A stretch of DNA of 64,000 nt from an uncultured Solirubrobacterales bacterium (GTDB taxonomy: Bacteria > Actinomycetota > Thermoleophilia > Solirubrobacterales > 70-9): positions 220,155-284,154 of the forward strand of contig CAWINZ010000005.1 of NCBI GenBank assembly GCA_963837695.1, in the 5' to 3' direction. How positions within the stretch are numbered: position 1 is the first letter of the stretch; each line of letters begins with the position of its first letter. The notes under the pieces were generated by a model, which was not told the origin of the DNA, did no database searches, and saw nothing but the letters and a program-made list of their open reading frames with translations. The position numbers and the translations under genes are program-made. Below, one piece after another: positions 17,131-26,362 of this stretch.

Positions 17131-18201
17131 ATGAACCGCTTCGGCAACAAGGCGACGAAGGCAGCTGCGCTCTGCGCCGCCGCGGTGCTCTGCCTGCTCT
17201 GCGCCGCGCCGGCGGGCGCCGGCTCGCTGGTGCCGCGCGGCAAAAACGTCTTCTTCGGGCTCAGCGACACCGGCAACCCCGCCGACTTCGGCCAGTTCTC
17301 CAACGCCCTGCACAAGCACCCGGCGCTGATCGAGTCCTTCCGCACCTGGGGCTCGGACTTCCCCGACTCGATCGAACGCTGGCAGGCGGCACGGGCACGG
17401 CCGGTGCTCCACGTCACCACCACCGATAACGGCGACGGCCACGAGATCATCACCCCCCGCGGAATCGCCACCGGCGCCGGCGACGACTACCTGATCCGCC
17501 TCAACAAGCTCTTCTGGGCGAAGCAGATGCGCGCCTACATCCGGCCGCTGGGCGAGCCCAACCGCTGCCTCAACGCCTACGCCGCCTACGACTGCGCGGG
17601 CAAGCCCCGCGACGCCGCGCACAGCACCCGCTGGTACAGACTCGCCTTCCGCCGCATCTACCTGATCGTCCACGGCGGCGGCAAGCGCGCGAGAATCGAC
17701 GCCCGCCTGCACGAAGCGGGGTTGGCACCGCTGCAGAGCGACGTCCCGGGCCTGCCCAGGGCGCCGGTCGAAGTGATCTGGAGCCCGCTGCCGGCCGGCT
17801 CGCCCACCACGCCGCGAAACCGGCCGCGCAACTTCTACCCCGGCTCAAAATGGGTCGACTGGGCGGGGACCGACTTCTACGCCGATAACCAGGACTGGAA
17901 GGCCCTCTACGGCCTCTACCGACGCTACTCCGACAAGCCCTTCGCGATCACCGAGTGGAGCGTCGACACAGGCGACGACTCCGCCTACGTGCGCAAGCTG
18001 ATGACCTGGGTCGACCACCACCGCCGCACCAAGATGCTCGTCTATTACCAGGACTTCGGCTCGGCCAGCTCCTACCGGCTGCAGAGCTCGCCGGCCAGCC
18101 TCGGCGTCCTGCGCAACCAGATCCACAATGGCCGCTTCCCCTCCTACGCCCCCTTCCCGCCGAAGGCGCCGCCACCGCCACCAGGTGGGGTGAGCCCGTA
18201 G
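17131..18201 (+). CDS. secreted glycoside-hydrolase-like protein (tentatively GH26-like)
   Basis: ORF trimmed to MNRFGNK plus a signal peptide. WVDWAGTDFYADN and KPFAITEWSV resemble GH26 strands by eye. Pro-rich C-terminal tail. Confidence 0.5.
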   Translation: MNRFGNKATKAAALCAAAVLCLLCAAPAGAGSLVPRGKNVFFGLSDTGNPADFGQFSNALHKHPALIESFRTWGSDFPDSIERWQAARARPVLHVTTTDNGDGHEIITPRGIATGAGDDYLIRLNKLFWAKQMRAYIRPLGEPNRCLNAYAAYDCAGKPRDAAHSTRWYRLAFRRIYLIVHGGGKRARIDARLHEAGLAPLQSDVPGLPRAPVEVIWSPLPAGSPTTPRNRPRNFYPGSKWVDWAGTDFYADNQDWKALYGLYRRYSDKPFAITEWSVDTGDDSAYVRKLMTWVDHHRRTKMLVYYQDFGSASSYRLQSSPASLGVLRNQIHNGRFPSYAPFPPKAPPPPPGGVSP

Positions 18202-18209
18202 CCACGCCG

Positions 18210-19712
18210 TTGGAGCGGGCATGGCGGCAAGCGGCGCGCTCGCCGCACCTGATCGCCCTCGCCGCGATCGTCGCCTTCGGTGCCGCGCTGCGCTTCGCCA
18301 CGCTCGACCTGCAGAGCTACCGCTACGACGAGGCGGTCACGGTGGTCCGCATCCTCCACCCGAGCCTCTTCGACACCCTCGGCGCCGTCCCCAGGAGCGA
18401 GTCGACCCCGCCGCTCTACTACCTGGCGGCGTGGCTGTGGTCGCGGCCGTTCGGCACCGGCGAGGTCGGGCTGCGCTCGCTCTCGGCCCTGGCGGGAACC
18501 GCCTCGATCGCCGTCGTCTATCTCGGCGCCGTGGCGCTGCCGCTGCCGCGGCGGGCGGGCCTGATCGCGGCGGCGATCGTCGCCGTCAGCCCGGTGGCGA
18601 TCTGGTTCTCCCAGGACGCCCGCGCCTACGCGCTCGCCTTCCTGCTCACCGGCCTCTCCTTCCTCTTCTTCGCCCGGGCGCGGCGCAGCGGCGCACGGCG
18701 CGACCTCGCCTGGTGGGCGGGCTTCTCGGCGCTGGCGATCGCCACCCACTACTTCGCCGGCTTCGTCGTATTGCCGGAGGCCGCGTTGCTGCTGCTCGCG
18801 GGCGGGGATCGACGCCGGGTCGGCATCGCGATCGCGGCGGTGGTCGCGGTGGCGGCGCTGCTGGCTCCGATCGCGCTGCGCCAGGCCGGCAACGCCCACG
18901 CGTCCTGGATCGCCGAACAGCCGCTCTCCCAGCGCCTGGAGCGGGCCGGCGCGAAGCTGGTCGGCGACGACAACGGCAACGAGCACGGCGCCCGCTCGCC
19001 GGGCCCGATCCCGCTCGGCGTCCCGGCGGCGCTGGCCCTGGCGGCGCTGGCGCTGCTGCTCTGGCGCGGCGCGGGCGAGGAGCGGCGCGGCGCCGGGATC
19101 GCCGCCGCGGTCGGCCTCGCCGGAGTCGGCGTGCCGCTGCTGCTCGGCGCCTTCGGCGCCGACTACCTCGACGGGCGCAACCTGCTGCCGGTCTTCGTGC
19201 CGCTCGTCGTACTGCTCGGCGCCGGTTTCGGCGTGCGCCGCGCCGGCTGGACGGGCCTCGGCCTGGCCGCTGCTTTCTGCCTCTGCTCGCTCGTCTTCGC
19301 GATCGAGATCGACCACCTGCCCCGGCTGCAGCGCGAGGATCTGCGCAACGCAGCCGCACAGGTCGGCCCGCTGCGCCCCGGCAAGGCCGTCGTCACGATC
19401 CGCCACGCGGGCAACCAGCCGCTGCTCTACTACCTCGGCGGCCGCTTCGCGACGGGTTCGCTGCCGCCGCTCAATGAGATCGACCTGGTCGGCTCCGGCA
19501 TCGCCGCGCGCAAGAGCGCCGGTCGCCTGCTCCCCCCCGCCTTCCACCAGGTCGAATCCAAGCCCGTCTCCTACAACTTCACCCTGACCCGCTACACCAG
19601 CTCCCACCCAGTCCACATACAGCTGAAGACCCTTGAAGCCGGCGCATTGGTAGGCGGGGGCGCAAGGGCGTCGGTCCTGATCGCCGGGTTGCGTCAGAGC
19701 CAATCCCAATAG
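18210..19712 (+). CDS. ArnT/PMT-like (GT39/GT83-type) membrane glycosyltransferase; start uncertain
   Basis: Polytopic membrane protein with RYDEAVTV and PPLYYLAAWLW near the N-terminus. The in-frame TTG at 18210 is the first start not overlapping the upstream gene. Confidence 0.6.
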   Translation: MERAWRQAARSPHLIALAAIVAFGAALRFATLDLQSYRYDEAVTVVRILHPSLFDTLGAVPRSESTPPLYYLAAWLWSRPFGTGEVGLRSLSALAGTASIAVVYLGAVALPLPRRAGLIAAAIVAVSPVAIWFSQDARAYALAFLLTGLSFLFFARARRSGARRDLAWWAGFSALAIATHYFAGFVVLPEAALLLLAGGDRRRVGIAIAAVVAVAALLAPIALRQAGNAHASWIAEQPLSQRLERAGAKLVGDDNGNEHGARSPGPIPLGVPAALALAALALLLWRGAGEERRGAGIAAAVGLAGVGVPLLLGAFGADYLDGRNLLPVFVPLVVLLGAGFGVRRAGWTGLGLAAAFCLCSLVFAIEIDHLPRLQREDLRNAAAQVGPLRPGKAVVTIRHAGNQPLLYYLGGRFATGSLPPLNEIDLVGSGIAARKSAGRLLPPAFHQVESKPVSYNFTLTRYTSSHPVHIQLKTLEAGALVGGGARASVLIAGLRQSQSQ

Positions 19713-19728
19713 GACCGGAACGTCTTGT

Positions 19729-19782
19729 ACTTTTTCGGTGTCGGCCTCGGGCGACAGCCCAACCGCAATACACCGAAAAAGT
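19729..19782. terminator. 13-bp stem hairpin between convergent genes
   Basis: actttttcggtgt ... acaccgaaaaagt with a 28-nt loop, read directly. Confidence 0.4.
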
Positions 19783-19817
19783 TAAGTGGAGGCCCTACCG
19801 GGATTGGCTCCGGGCCA

Positions 19818-21173
19818 TTACCGAGCCTTGACGTTCCCCGCCACCGCCGCCTTCCACCTGTACGGCTGCAACGCATTGATACTCGAGTAGCCGACCAGGT
19901 AGATGCGGCGCCCGTCCGATACGACCGGCGTGTAAGTACCGGTCTTGTAATGGAAGACGTGCCGGCCGGTCTTCATCGCGAAGCCCTCGGTCGAGCCGTT
20001 GCTGAACTCGGCGGCGTAGACGATGTTGCCGACCGCCGAGAGCGAGCCGATCACCGAGCCGCCGGCCGAGCGGATCCAGCGCGGCTCACCGCTCTTCGCG
20101 TTGAGCGCGTAGACGTTGCCGTCGAAGGAGCCGATGTAGACGGTCGGGCCGGTGTGGCGGGTGTTGGCGACGACCGGCCCCGAGTAGACGTAGCCGCCAG
20201 TCGAGTAGCTCCAGGCGAGCGCGCCGTCCTTCTGGTCGAAGCTGTAGACGCGATCGTCGTTGTTGCCGGCGTAGACGCGGCCATAGGCGAGCGCGGGCGT
20301 CGAGTAGAACGCACCGGAGGTGCCGAAGCCCTGGCCGAGCGAGCCGCTCTGCCACCTGATCGCGCCGGTCCCGGCGTCGACCGCGTTCATGTAGCCGCCG
20401 TAGTCGCCGACGTAGAGGACTCCGCGGCGATAGGCGGGGGCGGACTTGATCGGGCCACCCAGGGTCGTCGCCCAGCGCACGTGCCCGTTGCGGGTGCTGA
20501 GCGCGAAAAGCTGGTCGTTTTCGCAGCCGAAGTAGACGGTGCCGTCGATGACCAGGGGCGAGGACTCGGCCCGGCCCGGCAGCAGGTGTTTCCACAGCAC
20601 TCTGCCGGTCCTCGCGTCGAGCTTGACGATGTGGCCGGGGACGAGGTTGACGATGTAGAGACGGTGTTTGTAGTAGGCCGGCGAGGAGGCGTTGAGGCGA
20701 CCGATGCGCCGCTCCCACAGCACCTTGCCGGTGTCGGCGTCGAGGGCGAAGGCGTTGCCGTTGTTGTCGACCGCGTAGAGCCTGCCGCCGACGTAGATCG
20801 GCGGGAACTCGAGCAGCGGCCGCCCGGTGTAGTGCCAGATCAGCTTGTACGGCGGCTTCACTCCCTTGGCCGGCAGGTAGCGGGTGCGGGCGGGGTTGAG
20901 GCCGAACATCGGCCAGTTGACGGTTCGCGCCTTCGGCTTTGGGGGCTTCTGCGGCCTGAAGGTCGCGTTCGCGTTGTGGACGTCGGGCGGGCGCTTCAGC
21001 AGCTGGTAAGCGAGGATGCCGCCGCCCACCAGCAGCACCAGTGCGATGCCGCCCGCCGCAAGCACGAGCTGCCGGTGCTCGCGCCAGAACCAGCGCGGGT
21101 GGCGCACCGCCCTTTTCGTCTCGCGCCAGGCGCGCCGCCCTCGCGAACCGTCGCTCAACGGCGCAGCTCCCAC
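19818..21173 (-). CDS. PQQ-like beta-propeller repeat protein, N-terminally membrane-anchored
   Basis: TM helix LVLAAGGIALVLLVGGGILAY followed by repeated ..G.vya.d..G.l.ald..tG...W units. Confidence 0.8.
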   Translation of the reverse strand: MGAAPLSDGSRGRRAWRETKRAVRHPRWFWREHRQLVLAAGGIALVLLVGGGILAYQLLKRPPDVHNANATFRPQKPPKPKARTVNWPMFGLNPARTRYLPAKGVKPPYKLIWHYTGRPLLEFPPIYVGGRLYAVDNNGNAFALDADTGKVLWERRIGRLNASSPAYYKHRLYIVNLVPGHIVKLDARTGRVLWKHLLPGRAESSPLVIDGTVYFGCENDQLFALSTRNGHVRWATTLGGPIKSAPAYRRGVLYVGDYGGYMNAVDAGTGAIRWQSGSLGQGFGTSGAFYSTPALAYGRVYAGNNDDRVYSFDQKDGALAWSYSTGGYVYSGPVVANTRHTGPTVYIGSFDGNVYALNAKSGEPRWIRSAGGSVIGSLSAVGNIVYAAEFSNGSTEGFAMKTGRHVFHYKTGTYTPVVSDGRRIYLVGYSSINALQPYRWKAAVAGNVKAR

Positions 21174-21922
21174 ATCTCGACGTAGCCGAGGTCGGCGAAG
21201 CCGAGCCGTTCGTAGGCCGGCGCCCCGGCCTTGCTCGCCTGCAGCGAGGCGCTCAGCATGCCCTCCTCGCGCGCGTCGGCGAGCGCCCGCCAGAGCAGCC
21301 AGGTCGCGATTCCGCGGCGCTGGAACTCGGGCGGCGTCGCCACGCCGGTGACGCAGCAGTCCTCGCCGACGGCGATCGTGCCGACGCAGCCGACCGGCTC
21401 GCCGTCCGCCAGCGCGCCGTGCCAGCGGATCGCCGTCTCACCCGCCAGGCCGGCACGAAAGCCGTCCGCGCCGTAGCCGTAGGCGCGATCGTTGAGGTCG
21501 GCCGCGGTCGCCGGCTCGCACGGGCCCGGCTCGATCCCGGCGGGAGGGTCGGGTGGCGCCGCCAGCCCACCCAGATCCATCGCCATCGCCCGCGGCGCGG
21601 CATCGAGCCGGTGGCCGCGAGCGGCCAACAGCCGGGCCGTCTCACGGTCCTCATCCGGTACCCAGACCGTCCAGGCGCGCACTCCGTGGGCGTCGTAGGC
21701 CTCCGCCAAGGCATCGAGCTCGCGGACGAGGACCCCACGGTCGGCGTAGACGACGGAGTTGAAGATCGAGCGCTGCGGCGCGGCCGGAACAATCGCGGCG
21801 AGCAGACCCTCGCGCCGGATCGTCTCCGAGTCCACTGCGCCGGCGCCAAATGCCTCGACCTCGGCGCGGAGGCCGGCGATCGCCCGCCGCCGCAACTCGC
21901 TCTCGTCGATTCCCCCGCCCAT
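21155..21922 (-). CDS. GNAT family N-acetyltransferase
   Basis: The C-terminal half has the acetyl-CoA motif PEFQRRGIATWLL and a YERLGF tail. Confidence 0.75.
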   Translation of the reverse strand: MGGGIDESELRRRAIAGLRAEVEAFGAGAVDSETIRREGLLAAIVPAAPQRSIFNSVVYADRGVLVRELDALAEAYDAHGVRAWTVWVPDEDRETARLLAARGHRLDAAPRAMAMDLGGLAAPPDPPAGIEPGPCEPATAADLNDRAYGYGADGFRAGLAGETAIRWHGALADGEPVGCVGTIAVGEDCCVTGVATPPEFQRRGIATWLLWRALADAREEGMLSASLQASKAGAPAYERLGFADLGYVEMWELRR

Positions 21923-21931
21923 CCGGGCCGG

Positions 21932-22375
21932 CTAGGCCTCGGCCACAGCGCGCCGCTCGGACTCGGAGACGACGCCGTTCAGCAGTTCGGTGATCGCGCG
22001 TTTGACCCCGAACATCACCACTCTCCCGGCGAAGGGAACAGTCGGGGTCGCCTTCAGCGCGTAGGTGACCTTGGTGCCCGCGTCGCTCGGTTCCAGCAAG
22101 ACCGTGCCGAGGTGATCGCGAACGGGCAGGCCGGAAAGAACCTTGTAGGAGAAGCGGCTCGGCCGCTCGTAGACGACCACCTCCTCGCGAATCGGCGGCC
22201 CGACGGCGGCAAGCACGCGGATCGCCCCGACCCCGTTAGGGGGGGGATCCCCCTCGCACTCCAGTTCGGACTTGCGCAGCCGCGTGATCTCCGCGTAGCG
22301 CCGATGATCGGTCAGAACGTCGAAGACCACGTCGGGCGGCGCATCTACCTCGCGCACAAGAGTGAAGCTAGCCAC
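21932..22375 (-). CDS. SRPBCC (polyketide cyclase/dehydrase-like) family protein
   Basis: 147-aa ORF (GTG start) with a typical SRPBCC N-terminus, FTLVREVDAPPDVVFDVLTD. Confidence 0.7.
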   Translation of the reverse strand: MASFTLVREVDAPPDVVFDVLTDHRRYAEITRLRKSELECEGDPPPNGVGAIRVLAAVGPPIREEVVVYERPSRFSYKVLSGLPVRDHLGTVLLEPSDAGTKVTYALKATPTVPFAGRVVMFGVKRAITELLNGVVSESERRAVAEA

Positions 22376-22387
22376 GCCAGCAGCCTA

Positions 22388-22513
22388 GCGGGATGAGCGG
22401 GTGTCCCTCTCGCGCAGCGGCGTCCTGTTTCTCGCCCCGACCGCTACCTCGGACGGCCGACAACGCCCCTGGCGAGAAACCCAGCAAGCGAGAGGGACAC
22501 CCGCTCATCCCGC
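22388..22513. repeat. perfect 26-bp inverted repeat with a nested 10-bp stem (126-nt hairpin-forming element)
   Basis: The outer arm gcgggatgagcgggtgtccctctcgc (22388-22413) pairs with its exact reverse complement at 22488-22513. The inner stem is gtttctcgcc (22428-37) with ggcgagaaac (22471-80). Confidence 0.85.
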
Positions 22514-23521
22514 CAACACCCAACGCCGTGGATCGCTTCCCTCGACCGGCGTGGCCTCTCCCAGGACCGCCAGGTGGTCGAGCGAGGAAAGGACGATCTG
22601 CAGGGCCCAGACACTGGCGATGCTCTTGGCGCCCTCCGGCCCGATCAGGTCGCCGACTACCTCGAAGGCAGTCTTCTCCCCTTCGCCGAGCGAGGCGCGC
22701 ACTTTGCCGAGCAGCTCGCCGACCTGGCGACGGGCCTCGGCGATCTTCGCCTCCGGGTCGCGAAAGGTTCGGCCGTGGCCGGGCAGGACGAGATCGACGT
22801 CGAGCGGCTCGACCGCGTCGAGGCTGCGCAGAAATTCGCCGACCGGGTCGGGGCTGTGGCCGTGGTCGAAGAAGAGCACCGTGCGGCCGAGCAGGTGGTC
22901 GCCGGAGATCATCAGCTTGCGCTCCGGCTGGTGCAGGACGACGTGGGACGGCGCGTGGCCCGGCGTCTCGTGGACCTGCCAGTTGCCGAGGTCGGTCTCG
23001 ACCTCCACGCCGGGCAACAGGTCGCGGTCGGGCTCGACGATCGCGTCGATGCCGTTGTCGTCGTCCTCTTCGCGCCGCTCGCGGAAGCGTTCCAGCGCGG
23101 CCATCGGCACGCCGCTCTGCCGCCCGACCTCGATCCGCTGCTCCATCGCCGCCCGCGGGTCGTCGGCCATCAGGCGCACGTGGCCCCAGGCCGGGTGCAT
23201 CCAGAGCTCGCAGCCCGCCCCCGCGACGATCGGCGCGGCGAGGCCGTAGTGGTCGGTGTGGGAGTGGGTGCAGACGAGCAGGCGCACGTCCTCGAGGCCG
23301 AAGCCCGCCTGGGCGAGAGCGACGTCGAAGCGCCGCAAGCCGCCCCTGCCACCGATCCCGGTGTCGAAGAGGACGATGCCGCCGTCGGCGGCGACCGCCC
23401 AGACATTGCCGTGCGGAACGCCCGGCCAGGGCAGCGGCAGTCGCAGCCTCCAGACGCCCGGGATCACCTTCTCCGCGCGGGGCGTCTCGGGCCTCTTGCG
23501 CTCGTCCGCCATCGACGGCAT
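22505..23521 (-). CDS. MBL-fold metallo-hydrolase
   Basis: THSHTDHYG (HxHxDH) motif, plus downstream His/Asp ligands (HETPGHAPSH). Confidence 0.85.
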   Translation of the reverse strand: MPSMADERKRPETPRAEKVIPGVWRLRLPLPWPGVPHGNVWAVAADGGIVLFDTGIGGRGGLRRFDVALAQAGFGLEDVRLLVCTHSHTDHYGLAAPIVAGAGCELWMHPAWGHVRLMADDPRAAMEQRIEVGRQSGVPMAALERFRERREEDDDNGIDAIVEPDRDLLPGVEVETDLGNWQVHETPGHAPSHVVLHQPERKLMISGDHLLGRTVLFFDHGHSPDPVGEFLRSLDAVEPLDVDLVLPGHGRTFRDPEAKIAEARRQVGELLGKVRASLGEGEKTAFEVVGDLIGPEGAKSIASVWALQIVLSSLDHLAVLGEATPVEGSDPRRWVLAG

Positions 23522-23572
23522 CCTCTCAGGCGCCGGACCGCTTCTGCGTGAGCGCCGTCAAGCTGGGATAGG

Positions 23573-25138
23573 TTGGGCGTCCAGATGGTGGAGAGCAGCC
23601 CCAAACGCGCCGGTCTCGTCCTCGCCACGCTGATCCTCGTCGCCGCCGTCGCCAACCTCAACCTGGCGGTCGCCAACGTCGCCCTGCCGGACATCGGCAA
23701 GGCGTTCGGCTCCGGCCAGACGACGCTCAACCTGATCGCCGTCGGCTACTCGCTCGGCCTGGCGACCTCGGTCCTCTACCTCGGCGCGCTCGGCGACCGC
23801 TACGGGCGCAAGATGATGCTGCTGCTCGGTATGGGGCTCTCGGTACCGGCCTCGCTGCTGGCCGGTCTGGCGCCCTCCGACGGCGTCCTGTTTGTCGCCC
23901 GCGTCTTCGGCGGCATCGCCGCCGGGATGGCCTTCCCGACCACGCTGGCGCTGATCACCGCGCTGTGGTCGGGCAACTCGCGGACCCGCTCGATCGCGCT
24001 GTGGTCGGCGATCGGCGGCGCGATCGCGTCGCTCGGGCCGCTGCTCTCCGGCGCCCTACTCGAGCACTTCGACTGGGGCTCGGTCTTCCTCGTCACCCTG
24101 CCGCTCGCCGCCCTCGCCTTCTTCATGGCCTGGCGCTACGTACCCGCCCACGTCAACGAGACGACCGAGCCGGTCGACAATCCCGGCGGCGTCCTCTCGA
24201 TCCTGCTGATCGCGGCGCTTGTGATGGGGATCAACCTCGCCCCGGTCCCCGGCAAGGGGACGCTGGCGATCGGGCTCGGCCTCGTCGCGATCGCGACCGC
24301 GACGGCCTTCGTGATCCGCCAGCGGCGGGCGCGCTCGCCGCTCTATGACCTCCAGGTCGCATCGCGGCGGATCTTCTGGGTCGCCGCCTGCGCCGGCATC
24401 ATCGTCTTCGGCTCGCTGATGGGGGCGATGTTCATCGGCCAGCAGTTCCTCCAGAACGTGCTCGACTACTCGACCGTCGACTCCGGCCTGGCAATCCTGC
24501 CCGCGGCGGCGCTGATGGTCGTCGTCGCGCCGCGCTCGGCCAAGCTGGTCGAGGCGCGCGGCGCCCGCTTCACCCTGCTGGTCGGCTACGTCTTCTGTTT
24601 GCTCGGCTTCCTGACGATGCTGCTGCTCTGGAAGCAGGGGATCCCCTACTGGAAGGTCGGGCTCGGTTACGCGCTGATCGGGATCGGCGTCGGCTTCGCG
24701 GGGACGCCGGCCTCGCACTCGCTGACCGGCTCGGTGCCGGTCAAGCGCGCCGGCATGGCCTCCGGCACGGCGGACCTGCAGCGCGACCTTGGCGGAGCGA
24801 TCATGCAGTCGATCTTCGGCGCCCTGCTGACCGCCGGCTACGCCGCCGCCGCGGGCGCCGCGGTCGCCTCCTCGCCGGAAGCGAGCAAGGTCACCGAGAA
24901 CGTCGAAGGCGAGCTGACCAAGTCGTTCTCAAGCGCCGCGGACCTCGCCGAACAGTACCCGCAGTACTCCAACCAGATCGTCGCCGCCGCCAAGGCTTCC
25001 TTCCTGAAGGGCGACGAGCTGGCCTACGCCGCCGGCATCGTCGCCGTCGTGCTCGGCGCCGCGCTCGTCTTCTTCCTCTTCCCGAAGAAGGGCGAGGAAG
25101 AGGCGCTGCTCGCGCAATACGCTGCCGAGGATGCCTGA
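23573..25138 (+). CDS. MFS transporter, DHA2 (EmrB/QacA-like, 14-TMS) family
   Basis: NLNLAVANVALPDIGKAF and LGDRYGRKMMLL motifs; long polytopic profile. Confidence 0.85.
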   Translation: MGVQMVESSPKRAGLVLATLILVAAVANLNLAVANVALPDIGKAFGSGQTTLNLIAVGYSLGLATSVLYLGALGDRYGRKMMLLLGMGLSVPASLLAGLAPSDGVLFVARVFGGIAAGMAFPTTLALITALWSGNSRTRSIALWSAIGGAIASLGPLLSGALLEHFDWGSVFLVTLPLAALAFFMAWRYVPAHVNETTEPVDNPGGVLSILLIAALVMGINLAPVPGKGTLAIGLGLVAIATATAFVIRQRRARSPLYDLQVASRRIFWVAACAGIIVFGSLMGAMFIGQQFLQNVLDYSTVDSGLAILPAAALMVVVAPRSAKLVEARGARFTLLVGYVFCLLGFLTMLLLWKQGIPYWKVGLGYALIGIGVGFAGTPASHSLTGSVPVKRAGMASGTADLQRDLGGAIMQSIFGALLTAGYAAAAGAAVASSPEASKVTENVEGELTKSFSSAADLAEQYPQYSNQIVAAAKASFLKGDELAYAAGIVAVVLGAALVFFLFPKKGEEEALLAQYAAEDA

Positions 25139-26306
25139 GGAAGGGCAGTCGCGCCTCGGCGCGACGCTGCGCGAAGGCGAGCGGGTGACGCCGCTGGAGC
25201 TCTTCTTCGACCTCGTCTTCGTCCTCGCGATCACCCAGTGCACGGCGCTGATGTCCCACCACCCGACCTGGTCGGGAATCGCCCAGGGGCTGCTCGTGCT
25301 CGGCATCCTCTGGTGGTCGTGGGTCGGCTACGCCTGGCTGACCAGCGTGATCGACCCCGAGGAGGGGGCGGTGCGGCTGGTCATGTTCGGCGCGATGGCG
25401 GCACTGCTGCTCGTCTCGCTCTACGTGCCGGAGGCGTTTGGCAGCCTGGCGCTCGCCTTCGCGCTGATCTACGGCGTCGTGCGCAGCGCCCACATCGCCC
25501 TCTTCATGCTCGCCAGCCCCGACGACGACGGCCTGCGCCACTCGGTGCTCGGCCTCGCCGCCAGTACGGCGGTCGCGGTCTCGCTGTTGGCCCTGGCCTC
25601 GCTCTTCGACGGCCTCGCCCAGGGGGCGCTATGGGCGCTGGCGCTGCTCCTCGACATGGGCGGTCCGTACCTCTTCGGATCCGAGGGCTGGAAACTGATG
25701 CCGACGCACTTCGCCGAGCGCCACGGCTTGATCGTGATCATCGCCCTCGGCGAGTCGATCGTCGCGATCGGCGTCGGCGCCTCCCACACCCTCAGCCTCG
25801 GGATCGGCGCCGCGGCGGTGCTCGGCGTCGCCCTGACCGCGGCGATGTGGTGGACCTACTTCGACATCGTCGCGATCGTCGCCGCCCGCCGCCTGGCCAA
25901 CGCCGAGCCCGGCCGGGTGCAGAACGAGATGGCGCGTGACTCCTACTCCTATGTGCACCTGGCGATGGTCGCCGGGATCGTCCTCGTCGCCCTCGGCCTG
26001 AAGAAGACGATCGGCCATTTCGGCGACCACCTGCACACGGTGCCCGCCTTCGCCCTGCTCGGCGGCCTGGCGATCTATCTGCTCGGCCACGTCGCCTTCC
26101 GCTACCGGCACATCCACACGGTCAGCCGCCGCCGCCTGCTGACGGCGACCGCCCTGCTCATCCTCGTGCCGGTGGCAACCGAGATCCCGGCGCTCGTCGC
26201 GCTCGCCATGGTCAACCTGGTGATCTGGGCGCTGATCGCCTACGAGACGCACAGCTACGGCGAGGGCCGCCAGCGCGTCCGCCGCCCCGAAGCCGCCTCG
26301 CCCTAA
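25131..26306 (+). CDS. low-temperature-requirement A (LtrA) family membrane protein
   Basis: VTPLELFFDLVFVLAITQ N-terminal signature; polytopic. Confidence 0.8.
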   Translation: MPEEGQSRLGATLREGERVTPLELFFDLVFVLAITQCTALMSHHPTWSGIAQGLLVLGILWWSWVGYAWLTSVIDPEEGAVRLVMFGAMAALLLVSLYVPEAFGSLALAFALIYGVVRSAHIALFMLASPDDDGLRHSVLGLAASTAVAVSLLALASLFDGLAQGALWALALLLDMGGPYLFGSEGWKLMPTHFAERHGLIVIIALGESIVAIGVGASHTLSLGIGAAAVLGVALTAAMWWTYFDIVAIVAARRLANAEPGRVQNEMARDSYSYVHLAMVAGIVLVALGLKKTIGHFGDHLHTVPAFALLGGLAIYLLGHVAFRYRHIHTVSRRRLLTATALLILVPVATEIPALVALAMVNLVIWALIAYETHSYGEGRQRVRRPEAASP

Positions 26307-26359
26307 CCGCCGATGGGCCTAAAAGACGCCTATATGGCCGGAATTAGGCCCGTCGGCGG
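26307..26359. terminator. imperfect palindrome between convergent genes; diverged copy of the 27494..27544 element
   Basis: ccgccgatgggcctaaaagacgcc / tatat / ggccggaattaggcccgtcggcgg. Shares gatgggcctaaaa..cc tatat ggccgg.tt.aggccc.tc with the second copy. Confidence 0.5.
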
Positions 26360-26362
26360 CTT

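Noticed and set aside
18144-19709. 521-aa minus-strand ORF and the 418-aa ORF 18221..19477
   Set aside because: They are Arg/Gly/Asp-rich shadow frames of the polytopic glycosyltransferase gene.
19725-21185. 486-aa plus-strand ORF
   Set aside because: It is antisense to the PQQ-like beta-propeller gene, which shows a clear repeat structure.
22393-23571. 392-aa Arg/Pro/Ala-rich ORF, and 22574..23551
   Set aside because: They are alternative frames over the MBL-fold hydrolase gene (HxHxDH is present on the minus strand).
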